Source of the DNA: Candidatus Heimdallarchaeota archaeon
GTDB taxonomy: Archaea; Asgardarchaeota; Heimdallarchaeia; Heimdallarchaeales; Heimdallarchaeaceae
Direction: 5' to 3'
Assembly (NCBI GenBank): GCA_018238545.1
Contig: JABCTC010000009.1
Coordinates: 30,709-94,708 of the forward strand
DNA: 64,000 nt
The translations under genes and the position numbers were made by a program. A model generated the notes under the pieces. It did not search any database. It had not been told where the DNA came from and saw nothing but the letters and a program-made list of their open reading frames with translations. Position 1 is the stretch's first letter. Each line of letters opens with the position of its first letter. Below are positions 1 to 9,399 of this stretch, one piece after another.

Positions 1-1
1 A

Positions 2-100
2 ACTGATTTTAATATGTTTGTAATTTGTAAAAAATGTAATAGAAGAATTAAAGTTAAAGAAAGTTGGAAGAAATGTATCTACTGTAATCATCCATTCTGA
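2..100 (+). CDS. 3' end of a gene running in from the left edge; C-terminal zinc ribbon
   Basis: Frame 2 reads TDFNMFVICKKCNRRIKVKESWKKCIYCNHPF* (CxxC...CxxC), stop TGA at 98-100; not in the ORF track. Confidence 0.7.
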   Translation, partial: TDFNMFVICKKCNRRIKVKESWKKCIYCNHPF

Positions 101-362
101 AGTATATTATCTATCATAAATAATTATCATAATCATATATCATTATTTCATCATATATTTCCTTCCCCTTTTCTGATTCAATCCAGCTCTATTTAGTGAT
201 AACATGTTTCTCGAATAATAACTAGCAATCGAACACATTTAAAACTAATCAAATAACAAGTTAAAGGTTTAAAAGAGGGATGTGTAGCGATTTGCACAAA
301 TCTTGATTCAACGTTAATCTGTAGATTATTCCTTAAAAATGTAAAGTGAAAAAAGAGAGGTA

Positions 363-2201
363 TTAGAGAGATTTTTCAAAGAAATTTCCTAGCATCTTGA
401 ACAAAGTTTTTTGGTTCTTAACCTTCAAAATTCCATGCCCTTCATCTTCAAAAATGTACTCTTCATAATCAATTTTGTATTCTTCAAGTTTCTTTTTTAC
501 TTCTTCTACATTCTTTGGAGAAACATTAGGGTCTCGTCCTCCTTGAATGATAAGTAATTTACCTTCAATATCTTTAACAAAATTAATAGGTGATCTCTCA
601 AAGTATATATCTGGTACTTCTGTTGGAGTACCACCCATCATTTCAGCTGAAAGGGGTCTTAAATCAGGTCTTGTTGTATCGTAATCAATCACAAGATCAG
701 TCATACCACAAATAGGTGCAGAAGCTGCAATGACATCAAATGGCGTTTTTGTTATTCCATACCAAGCTGAATACCCTCCATAGCTTGTTCCAGTAATGCC
801 AACTTTGCCACTTATAGCTATTCCTTGGGATATCAGTGTTTTAACCCCTGTAAGAATATCTTCTTGTTCATCAGCGCCCCATCCTTTGTCTCTTATTGAA
901 TCCTCAAATGTGAAACCATAACCGGTTGATCCTCTATAATTTGGATCAAGAACAGTAAAACCTAATTTGGCAAAGTACTGAATTTCTGAATTTATTGCGT
1001 CCTCAGAATGTGCAGTAGGTCCTCCATGCACATAAATTATTGTTCTTCCATTTGGTTTTGTGGGTTTATATAACCAGCCATGCACATTAACTCCATCGTG
1101 AGATTTCCAATCAAAGTCTTCAGCTGCTGTTAAATCATTCTTTTGCAATCTTGTTTGTTTCCAAACATCAGTCAGTGATTTGAAATTCATTGGATCTATA
1201 TTGTCAATGTTGAATCTTATAACATCATCAGGTTGAGTTGAAGAATAATATTTGCCGATCCACTCTTTAGTATTTAAGGGGGCAATTGGATAATAATTTC
1301 CAGTAATTTTAGGTAACTTTGTCTCCTGCAAAGTTTCCATGTTAATGATTGAAACTCTTTCTTTCGTTTTTTCATATTCTGAAACGAAGAAATAATTACC
1401 AATTCTAGGTACAGAAAAATCTTCAATACTTCGCGATGGATCATCGATTACCCATATGATTTCTTCAGATTCTATATTGTAAATGCCGAGTGAGTAATGT
1501 TTCTGTTTTTTATTTTCTTTTGTATCTGTAAGAAATACTATTCTCTTGCTGTCAGGTAACCAAGAAGCGAATACTCTTGCTTTCTCACCGAAATTTAACA
1601 ATTCTCTATCATGATTGCCATTTATGTCCACAACCCATTTTTGTTCTCCTTTAGGATGGTACTCTTTTCTGCTATAGAGTATGTTCTGTCCATCTTTTGA
1701 TAGATCAGGGAATAACCATGTTGGTTTAACAGGTTTTGCTAAACATACCATCTCATTAGATTCTAAATTGTGCTTGTAAATATAAGTAGGTTCAATTTCT
1801 TTTTTTTCTGATAAGGAATAATTAGCTCCATATACTAACCATTTCTCGCTTGGGTCTATTCGCCCTCCTCTCAAGAAGAATGGAGGGTTATCCATAGTCA
1901 ATGGAATCATCTCAAGCGGGTTATCTAGATTGATTCTAAACAATCTAACTCTTTCATTTCTACTCTTGTCTTCTCCAACCAGAACAGCTTTACTCCTTGG
2001 ATAGAAATATCTAACCATTGTCATCTCTGGAGTATTTGATAAAGCGACAGGTTCAGAACTACCATTAGTGGGAACATAGAACACATCAATGTTAGGATTA
2101 ATATTTCTCCATGAATAGGCTAGATATTTTCCATTAGGGGAAATTTGAGGAGAATAAATAAAGGGTATTGTAAGCAAATCATCTAAATAATCTTCTTTCA
2201 T
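363..2201 (-). CDS. S9 family (acylaminoacyl/prolyl oligo-) peptidase, beta-propeller plus alpha/beta hydrolase
   Basis: HGGP, NYRGSTGYG, nucleophile GTSYGG, D (GGRDPNV) and H (DEGHG); start moved to ATG 2201 (MKEDY) because the longer ORF overlaps the upstream gene. Confidence 0.93.
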   Translation of the reverse strand: MKEDYLDDLLTIPFIYSPQISPNGKYLAYSWRNINPNIDVFYVPTNGSSEPVALSNTPEMTMVRYFYPRSKAVLVGEDKSRNERVRLFRINLDNPLEMIPLTMDNPPFFLRGGRIDPSEKWLVYGANYSLSEKKEIEPTYIYKHNLESNEMVCLAKPVKPTWLFPDLSKDGQNILYSRKEYHPKGEQKWVVDINGNHDRELLNFGEKARVFASWLPDSKRIVFLTDTKENKKQKHYSLGIYNIESEEIIWVIDDPSRSIEDFSVPRIGNYFFVSEYEKTKERVSIINMETLQETKLPKITGNYYPIAPLNTKEWIGKYYSSTQPDDVIRFNIDNIDPMNFKSLTDVWKQTRLQKNDLTAAEDFDWKSHDGVNVHGWLYKPTKPNGRTIIYVHGGPTAHSEDAINSEIQYFAKLGFTVLDPNYRGSTGYGFTFEDSIRDKGWGADEQEDILTGVKTLISQGIAISGKVGITGTSYGGYSAWYGITKTPFDVIAASAPICGMTDLVIDYDTTRPDLRPLSAEMMGGTPTEVPDIYFERSPINFVKDIEGKLLIIQGGRDPNVSPKNVEEVKKKLEEYKIDYEEYIFEDEGHGILKVKNQKTLFKMLGNFFEKSL

Positions 2202-2256
2202 AGCTGTAAAGTATTCTAAATAATTAAAATAGTTTACTAAATAGCGATAAAATAAA

Positions 2257-2823
2257 TTAAAATATATGTGGAAACCATTCAGCAAAAGGCACAAATAATT
2301 CAAGTATTGGACCTGCGAAGATAAAGAAGATTACTCCAATGATTAAACCAACAACCGTTCCACCTATTACGTCTAATACATAATGTAACCTTAGTGATAT
2401 CCTTGCTATGTTTACACCTATTGCCCAAATACAAAACAACCAACCAACTTCTGGAAAGAATAGTATCATAACTATTGCTGAAGTTGCCATCCGACTTGCA
2501 TGACCACTAGGAAAACTGTAATAATCTCCTCTTGCAACGTATTTTTTGAGCATATCATCACTTGGTCTTTTTCTTTTTACGATAAACTTGATTATGATTG
2601 TAGTTAAACCTGATACCCCTAAAACAAGCAGTTGAAAGATATTGATTGTTCTGTCCATGAAGATATCAAAAATGAAAAATACGACCGAGAGAATAATCCA
2701 AGGCTGTGCATTACCGGAAAGAGCGAGTAAACTAAATAGAGTTTTGTGTTTAGCTGTTCTATCAACTATCTTTTGAGATACTCTTTTATCCCACTCGTCT
2801 AGGCTTGATTCACCAGTAGCCAT
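2257..2823 (-). CDS. PAP2-family membrane lipid phosphatase
   Basis: KxxxxRxRP (KFIVKRKRP), SFPSGH and RISLRLHYVLDV motifs with TM helices. Confidence 0.92.
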   Translation of the reverse strand: MATGESSLDEWDKRVSQKIVDRTAKHKTLFSLLALSGNAQPWIILSVVFFIFDIFMDRTINIFQLLVLGVSGLTTIIIKFIVKRKRPSDDMLKKYVARGDYYSFPSGHASRMATSAIVMILFFPEVGWLFCIWAIGVNIARISLRLHYVLDVIGGTVVGLIIGVIFFIFAGPILELFVPFAEWFPHIF

Positions 2824-2871
2824 ACAAGAGAAGAAGTTGTGTGATTTAAAAAATTAACTGTTATTTCACAA

Positions 2872-3684
2872 CTATTCATACAAATTTTTGTTCTCTTCAT
2901 AGTATCTTCGAGCTCCAATTAGATGCTCAGGTTTATCGACATCCATTGCTATTTCAGCATCAAACATTAATGGAGCATATATCCCCTTCTCAATCTTGAA
3001 GATTTTTTTATTAAAAAATTTTAGTAGCCTTTCAAGTGATAGTCGCTTGAGAAGGTATTTTAATACAAGAATAGGGTTTAGAACAATTAACTGTCCAATT
3101 ACTGATTTTCTTTGTGAACCTAAATCATCAATCAGTTTTTTATGTTCTAAAAGCTTTCCTGGTTTCACAAGAAGAATGTCCCCACCACAGAATTCTAGAT
3201 CCATAAATTTCATCCAACTTCGTTGGACATTAGGAAATTTTTCCAACATAGTCTCTTTTTTAACTATTGGATAATAGAATATTCCATCAATCTCTCCTCC
3301 TGATTCTTCTTCACATTTGTCAACAAACCTTTGTATCATATCGCTTTTAATTAGTGGAACATCTGCAGAGAGAGTGATCATATATGCAGAATGCCCTTCT
3401 TCCTTACTAATATAATCTTTATAAACATTAACTCCTTTATCGAAAACTGTTCCTTCATCTTCAACAAAAATAACTGGGTAATCGGTGTCCCACTCTTCTT
3501 TAGTCATACCTACAATGAAGATTTTTTCAATGAAGTCACATTTGAGAAATTCCTTTACTTGACGTTCAAGAAATGTTTTTGATCCTAGCTTAATGAAACC
3601 TTTCTTTGGAACATTTTCAAGTTCACAAACAATATCATCCTTACTTGAATGTCCAGCTAATATAATAGCGTTCATCTTCATCAT
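2872..3684 (-). CDS. Nucleotidyltransferase (MobA/GT-A-like NTP transferase)
   Basis: N-terminal AIILAG, PKKGFIKL, SADVPLI and C-terminal DVDKPEH motifs. Confidence 0.8.
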   Translation of the reverse strand: MMKMNAIILAGHSSKDDIVCELENVPKKGFIKLGSKTFLERQVKEFLKCDFIEKIFIVGMTKEEWDTDYPVIFVEDEGTVFDKGVNVYKDYISKEEGHSAYMITLSADVPLIKSDMIQRFVDKCEEESGGEIDGIFYYPIVKKETMLEKFPNVQRSWMKFMDLEFCGGDILLVKPGKLLEHKKLIDDLGSQRKSVIGQLIVLNPILVLKYLLKRLSLERLLKFFNKKIFKIEKGIYAPLMFDAEIAMDVDKPEHLIGARRYYEENKNLYE

Positions 3685-3694
3685 TGTAATCTAC

Positions 3695-4621
3695 CTATTT
3701 TTGTAATTTATGTATGGTTGGTTCTATTTTTAGTTTTTTCAGATAGTCCTCATAAACTTCTCTTGTCAACTCTCCTTTTTCTCCACTAAGTGCAACTATA
3801 CTTGCTTCAAGAACATTAGTCCCAAATGAAACACCATCTACTCTTGGGGTGGAAGTGATAACATATTTTATACCTATCTTCTTAAGTAGTTCAATATCAC
3901 TTTCTCTTGTAGTATTTGTAACAATGATTTTTCCTTCCATATCTTCATGAGGCATATTTCTATTGATGAACAAGAAGTCTCCAGCTATCCATTTTGCTCT
4001 TTTGAAATATTTTGTTTGAGTTGGTTTATGTATTTCTTGTTTTTCTCCTGTTGGGTATATCCAACTGAAGGGTAACTTGCAGACTATTGGGAGGAGTATT
4101 TTTGCTATAGATTTCACTGAACTCATCTTGTGCAGAGAGATACCTAATTGGAATCCCCAAAGTAAATCACCAAATGTGATGAGGTTTTTATCTTCGCCAA
4201 CAAATTCCCATGCACTTTCAGCCATATGCCATCTATCAACTGCACACATATTAAGGAACGATCTATCCTCTTCTACTTCTTCAGGTAGCTTATCCTCAAT
4301 ATACTGCATTATCCGCCCTTCAAGAGTACTTTTCATTCCTCCTCCATCAACAATAGGTGATTTATGAACACCTTTAATGAGCTTTTTGAAGACATCGCGT
4401 ATCTCATAACGCTTATTTTCTCTTCGAAGATACATATCTGTTCCCCCAACTCCAAAAGCATCTACTTTTCCATCATACTGTAGCATGAGTTCATTATATT
4501 TTTTCATATCGCCATTTGTTCCTATTCTTTCAGCGATAATTGTTTCATTTCCTAATTTGTATTCTCGTTTGTAGTCTCTTACATCTGAACCCAAAGAGAT
4601 TGATATAACATGTTTAGTCAT
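3695..4621 (-). CDS. Conserved protein of unknown function (family often auto-annotated 'quinate 5-dehydrogenase')
   Basis: VISISLGS, ERIGTNGD, DGKVDAFGVGG, PIVDGGGMK, TPRVDGVSFGTNVLEA motifs recalled from that family; function not supportable. Confidence 0.7.
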   Translation of the reverse strand: MTKHVISISLGSDVRDYKREYKLGNETIIAERIGTNGDMKKYNELMLQYDGKVDAFGVGGTDMYLRRENKRYEIRDVFKKLIKGVHKSPIVDGGGMKSTLEGRIMQYIEDKLPEEVEEDRSFLNMCAVDRWHMAESAWEFVGEDKNLITFGDLLWGFQLGISLHKMSSVKSIAKILLPIVCKLPFSWIYPTGEKQEIHKPTQTKYFKRAKWIAGDFLFINRNMPHEDMEGKIIVTNTTRESDIELLKKIGIKYVITSTPRVDGVSFGTNVLEASIVALSGEKGELTREVYEDYLKKLKIEPTIHKLQK

Positions 4622-4758
4622 ATTGATTCACTAACATCTTAATAAAAAATGTACTTATTTATAAAATATCTTGTGGAACGCTCTAAAACAAGTCCATAAA
4701 TCATTACACTCACCTACCAAACAGAAATCTTATATTTGCTTATTTTTGATGTGGTAAT

Positions 4759-5241
4759 ATGGATAAAGATGCCTTCATAATGCAATTACGTCAAATGATC
4801 GAAATCAAAGAAAAGATTAGTGAACTATTGATGAATGTAAATTGTTGTCCAGATAATTCTCTGCTTGAAGCACTATTTCATGGAATGGCTATAGATGCAA
4901 AAAAACATTCTGAGATATTCAAAGGTTTATTAGATAGAGCTCAAGGAATAAACCAAGCAATTGACGAAGAGAGAAAACAAGCAATTCTATCCTCTGTCAA
5001 TAAAGTATTAGAATTAGAGTGGAATGTTAAAAATCAAACAAGAAATGTTATAGATCGAGTATCTGATGATAAAACTAAAAGGGTTCTCACATCAATCTTA
5101 GGCGATATTCAGAGACATGAAGTTACTCTCAAAGATTTACAATCTTTTAGTGAAGATATGGCTGAGGATCAAGAGAAAATAATTGATAAAATATGGAAAT
5201 ATTCCATTAAGTTTGACGATGATGAAAACGATGAAGACTAG
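4759..5241 (+). CDS. Ferritin-like four-helix protein with partly degenerate metal ligands
   Basis: Helical repeat pattern DAKKH / LELE / DIQRH; paralogous to 41608-42090; acidic tail. Confidence 0.7.
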   Translation: MDKDAFIMQLRQMIEIKEKISELLMNVNCCPDNSLLEALFHGMAIDAKKHSEIFKGLLDRAQGINQAIDEERKQAILSSVNKVLELEWNVKNQTRNVIDRVSDDKTKRVLTSILGDIQRHEVTLKDLQSFSEDMAEDQEKIIDKIWKYSIKFDDDENDED

Positions 5242-5307
5242 CAAGGTTAAAACAACTATTTTTTTCTCTAAATCAATCAAATTATTAGAAAAAGCGCTAA
5301 TTTTTTA

Positions 5308-5323
5308 CTGATACAGGTATCAG
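5308..5323. promoter_or_regulatory. Palindrome CTGATAC-AG-GTATCAG upstream of the kinase gene
   Basis: Perfect 7-bp inverted repeat with 2-nt spacer in the intergenic region. Confidence 0.4.
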
Positions 5324-5347
5324 AAATAGTTAAAAAGAGAGTAGACG

Positions 5348-6382
5348 ATGTTCATTGAATTCGGTGATTATTTGAATAAATCCCCCATGACAGAAGAGAT
5401 AGCAAAAAAACTAAAATGTTCTGTAGTTTCTATAAAATTCAAAAAAAACTTAACTGGCACTTCTACAGCTAACGTATCTGAAATAACTTGGGGGAAGGAG
5501 AAAAGGGTAGGGATTCTAAAACAAAACACAACTAAAGTAGAGTGGTTATTCTATTCCAAAATAGCATCAGAATTTGATGTTCCAGCACCAGCTCCAATAG
5601 CCTTTTCCAAATCTAGTGATTTACCCTGGATTTTGATCGAAAAGATTCCTCGTGGAGTTCATCCAAAAAAATGGACTAAGACTCACATAGAGAAAGCTAT
5701 CAAAGAGCTTGCAGGTTTACATGCTCAATTTCATAACAAAGAAGACGAGAAAATATTTGATGATTTTCGGAAGAAAACAACAGAAGAATGGGAAAATACT
5801 AAAAAAAGATTGTTAGAAAACCTCAAACGAGCATCAAAAATAGCTGTAAATTATAAAGGAAAATATCCCATTACGAAATCTGAATTCGATTATGTAAAAA
5901 AGAATTTGAAATCAAAAAGTTTCCAAGAGGACTTACTAGCAGGTGGAACATCATTATTACATGGTGACGTGTGGATTTACAATTTTATGAATGTTCCTAA
6001 TTGTTCTTGTCTTCTAGATTGGCAAGAATGTTTCTTTGGTCCTCCTGCTTGGGAATTCCTCTACTTCTACGATCTCATTCCTCTTCTAATAGATGGTATC
6101 AAAGTAGGTATAAGAGAGAACCCATTTACATTTGATGAATTGCTAAAAATTTATCATTCTGAATTCAAGAAACAAGGAGGAAAAGTAACTCTTCCAAAAT
6201 TCAAACAATCACTTAAAGCAGCAGTATCCTTTCAAATAGCTTATTTCTGGGCAAAGATTCTCAAACCAGATGTGATTCATCTTCACGGTGGAAGATACTT
6301 CATTGCAAGAACATTACGGCTCTTACCTTCACGAAAAGTTATGCGGGAGCATTTCAAGAAACTTCTGGCACTTAGCAAGTAA
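5348..6382 (+). CDS. APH/choline-kinase-like phosphotransferase
   Basis: LAGLHA, Brenner motif HGDVWIYN and LDWQ; start may be TTG 5372 after GGTGA. Confidence 0.85.
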   Translation: MFIEFGDYLNKSPMTEEIAKKLKCSVVSIKFKKNLTGTSTANVSEITWGKEKRVGILKQNTTKVEWLFYSKIASEFDVPAPAPIAFSKSSDLPWILIEKIPRGVHPKKWTKTHIEKAIKELAGLHAQFHNKEDEKIFDDFRKKTTEEWENTKKRLLENLKRASKIAVNYKGKYPITKSEFDYVKKNLKSKSFQEDLLAGGTSLLHGDVWIYNFMNVPNCSCLLDWQECFFGPPAWEFLYFYDLIPLLIDGIKVGIRENPFTFDELLKIYHSEFKKQGGKVTLPKFKQSLKAAVSFQIAYFWAKILKPDVIHLHGGRYFIARTLRLLPSRKVMREHFKKLLALSK

Positions 6383-6444
6383 AATCTTACTTAAATGGAC
6401 ACGCAATAAAACTTTTAAGGCATTCTTTTCTCTTTCTCGCAATT

Positions 6445-7524
6445 ATGAGTGAATACATGGATATAGAAATACAGTTAGCTACTGAAGAACAAAAGAAACA
6501 AAAGCCTGCAGATTCAGAACTTGTTTTTGGTAAAATTTTCACCGATTACCTGTTTGAAGTCAAATATGAGAACGAAAGATGGGGGACTCCTAAAATAGTA
6601 CCATATCATCCTTTTATATTAGATCCTGCAACAACTGTCTTGCACTATGCACAAGAAATTTTTGAGGGAATGAAAGCTTTCCGCCATCCAGATGGCTCAA
6701 TACACCTTTTTAGACCTTATAAAAATGCAGAGAGGTTCAATAGATCTGCAGAGCGAATGAGTATGCCAACAGTAAACAAAGACTTATTCGTAAAAGCTAT
6801 AACTGAATTAGTTAAGCTGGAAAATGAATGGGTTCCAAATTCACCCGGAATGACATTATACATCAGACCAACAATGATTGCAACAGAAGTGGCATTAGGC
6901 GTTCATCCTAGTGATAAATATCTTTACTACATAATCTTATCACCAGTAGGTCCCTACTTCAAAACAGGATTTACACCTACAAAAGTTTATGTTGCAAGCA
7001 CACATATCAGAGCTGCACCAGGCGGAACTGGGGAAGCAAAGACTGGAGGAAACTATTCTCCTACACTCTGGTCACAACAAAAAGCTAAAGCGCTAGGCTA
7101 TCCTCAAGTATTGTGGTTAGACGCTGTAGAAAGAAAGTATGTCGAAGAAGCAGGAGCTATGAACATTATGTTCGTAATAGATGGAGAGATTTATACTCCT
7201 CCTCTAGACGGAACTATTCTTCGGGGAATTACAAGAGCATCAGTAATCGAACTAGCGGAAGATTTGGGATATGTTATACATGAAGAACCTATTAGCATAA
7301 CTGATCTTATTGATAAAATACTTGATGGTTCTTGTAATGAAATATTCTGTGTAGGTACAGCCGCTTCTATAACTCCTTTAGGTGAAATATTCTACAAAGG
7401 TGAATCATACCTAGTTAATGATTGTGAGGTTGGAAAAATAACACAACATCTATACGATGAATTAGTAGGTATTCAATTTGGCAAAATACCTGATAGATTC
7501 AATTGGATGTATAAAGTACAATGA
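6445..7524 (+). CDS. ilvE: Branched-chain amino acid aminotransferase
   Basis: LHYAQEIFEGMKA, YIRP, AKTGGNY (PLP lysine), EEAGAMN, ILRGITR, GTAA. Confidence 0.96.
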   Translation: MSEYMDIEIQLATEEQKKQKPADSELVFGKIFTDYLFEVKYENERWGTPKIVPYHPFILDPATTVLHYAQEIFEGMKAFRHPDGSIHLFRPYKNAERFNRSAERMSMPTVNKDLFVKAITELVKLENEWVPNSPGMTLYIRPTMIATEVALGVHPSDKYLYYIILSPVGPYFKTGFTPTKVYVASTHIRAAPGGTGEAKTGGNYSPTLWSQQKAKALGYPQVLWLDAVERKYVEEAGAMNIMFVIDGEIYTPPLDGTILRGITRASVIELAEDLGYVIHEEPISITDLIDKILDGSCNEIFCVGTAASITPLGEIFYKGESYLVNDCEVGKITQHLYDELVGIQFGKIPDRFNWMYKVQ

Positions 7525-7567
7525 ATTTAGGAAAAAGTTCTTAATTCTCCTCTTTTTTTACTTTCTA

Positions 7568-7903
7568 ATGAGTTCCATAAAATCCTTAACCACAAAGATT
7601 ATTGAATTTCGAGATGCAAGAAAATGGAAAGAGTTCCATACACCAAAAAACTTAGCGCTTTCCTTAGTTATTGAGACGGGAGAACTTTTCGAAATTATGC
7701 AATGGAAAAAAGATCAAGATATTCTTACTGATATCAATAAATTGAAACCTCAACTCGAAGATGAACTAGCAGATATAGCAATTTATCTTCTCTTATTAGC
7801 TCATGAGTTTGGTATTAATTTAGATACGGCTATTCAACGAAAGATAGCAAAAAACTGGAAGAAATATCCTCTAGATAAAAAAGCTGAATTTGAAAAAGAA
7901 TGA
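7568..7903 (+). CDS. MazG-like nucleotide pyrophosphohydrolase (DCTPP1 type)
   Basis: FRDARKWKEFHTPKNLA, ETGELFE, DELADI, KNWKKYP; start moved to ATG 7568. Confidence 0.9.
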   Translation: MSSIKSLTTKIIEFRDARKWKEFHTPKNLALSLVIETGELFEIMQWKKDQDILTDINKLKPQLEDELADIAIYLLLLAHEFGINLDTAIQRKIAKNWKKYPLDKKAEFEKE

Positions 7904-7907
7904 TGCT

Positions 7908-8615
7908 TTACCTAAGTAATGCTCCCCATCTTTTTGTGAGAACATATGTTCTTATTCGACCATTTGCATCGTACTTAACATCAAAGAATTTTAACTCAGT
8001 TTTACTTGCAAGTTTCTCAAAGTTTCTTAGAGGTCTTCTAGTTTTACGTTTGAAAACTTTTGTATTAATCAGATTAATAAATCCTTTAACCAAGGAAATT
8101 GGATATAAGAAAACTGATTTTGGAAAATATTCTCCAACTACTATAAGTTGCCCTTCTTTGGCCATCAGTCTTTTACATTCATTTAATAATTCTATTTTTT
8201 GACTTTTTGTAAGTTTTTCAAGAGCAAATATCAAAATTACATTGAGGTTAAACCTTGAAAGTTCACTCATTTTGCTTAATGAAAATGGTTTAAAGTCCAT
8301 CTTTTCGAGTATTTTTTCATCACTAACTTCAGATTTTGGGCTGACATAAGATGAAGACATATCCCTTGCTGTTACAGAAATGTCTAGTTTTGCTATTTCC
8401 TCGCTTAATTTTCCTATTTTGTCTCCTATTACAAGTGTTGGACCTTTTTTGAGTTTTTCAAATATCCATTCATAAATCTCAGGTAGAAAAAGTTCTAAAT
8501 TTACAGTTTTTTTCAATTTTGTAGTAACAGATTGAATTGTAGAAATGCTTTCTTCAGTTTTATCTTCTTCTTTACTCTCTAATTGTGGAATATCTGGAAC
8601 TTCAATATCTGACAT
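7908..8615 (-). CDS. Class I SAM methyltransferase-like protein with degenerate motif I
   Basis: LVIGDKIG in place of LDxGCG, VTARDMS, ECKRLMAKEGQLIV. Confidence 0.55.
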   Translation of the reverse strand: MSDIEVPDIPQLESKEEDKTEESISTIQSVTTKLKKTVNLELFLPEIYEWIFEKLKKGPTLVIGDKIGKLSEEIAKLDISVTARDMSSSYVSPKSEVSDEKILEKMDFKPFSLSKMSELSRFNLNVILIFALEKLTKSQKIELLNECKRLMAKEGQLIVVGEYFPKSVFLYPISLVKGFINLINTKVFKRKTRRPLRNFEKLASKTELKFFDVKYDANGRIRTYVLTKRWGALLR

Positions 8616-8619
8616 GTTA

Positions 8620-9300
8620 TCACTTTTGAATCTTTAATTGCCACTCGTAAATAGCTTCGACAATATCAGCTTTTGTTGGTAGATCTTCTTGATTTGTTTT
8701 CTTAAGCAATTTACAGAATTTGTCGATTTCATAGAAAACAGAGCCCGATATACCTATGTTCATAAGATTATCCTTAGTTTTTTGCAGAACTTCTATTATG
8801 TCTGTTGCATTTTCTAAATTAATTCTTGAAATTGTACCAACCATTTCTTTTAGTTTAGTTAGCTCTTCTTCTGGATTCAAGCTTATAGTGACACTTGTTG
8901 TAAATCCTTGTTCAATAACCCCTAATACTTTCTTTTCTCCTTCTTCCAGACTTCCAACAACGTTGTTTTTATAATAATAGTTCACTAATCTAACTGCTAA
9001 TTGACGTAATCCTTGTTCAAGATCTTTTTCATCTAAATCAGGGATATTATGTAGTAAACCCATTCTGATTAGAATCAGGTCTCTATTCTTCTTTGCATAT
9101 GTCATTTCTTGTTCTGTGATTTCTTTAATATCGAAAAGACGTTTAACTAAAGAGGAGAATGTATCGAGGTCCATGTGTATAATATCACCACGGGTTAGAA
9201 AAGGCTTAATCTTTTCTATAATTAATTTCCATAGAGGGTCTTTTTCTTCCTCTTTCTCATCCTCAAAAACTTCTACTTCTTCACTGTTACTATTATCCAT
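8620..9300 (-). CDS. Hypothetical helical protein; C-terminus resembles the Asgard gelsolin X domain
   Basis: 226-aa ORF with acidic N-terminus; C-terminal helical bundle ending IVEAIYEWQLKIQK; domain call is from recall only. Confidence 0.7.
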   Translation of the reverse strand: MDNSNSEEVEVFEDEKEEEKDPLWKLIIEKIKPFLTRGDIIHMDLDTFSSLVKRLFDIKEITEQEMTYAKKNRDLILIRMGLLHNIPDLDEKDLEQGLRQLAVRLVNYYYKNNVVGSLEEGEKKVLGVIEQGFTTSVTISLNPEEELTKLKEMVGTISRINLENATDIIEVLQKTKDNLMNIGISGSVFYEIDKFCKLLKKTNQEDLPTKADIVEAIYEWQLKIQK

Positions 9301-9399
9301 AGGGAATTTATAATCAAAAACATATTAAAGTTTTGCGAGATTTCCAATAATCAAGAAGAATAACATAAATTTTTTAATCTAAATGCTCTATTTTAACCT

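Noticed and set aside
2202-2303. 34-aa N-terminal extension of the S9 peptidase
   Set aside because: Overlaps the PAP2 gene and its AT-rich spacer; ATG 2201 is the plausible start
7478-7567. N-terminal extension of the MazG-like ORF
   Set aside because: Overlaps the ilvE end and its T-rich terminator
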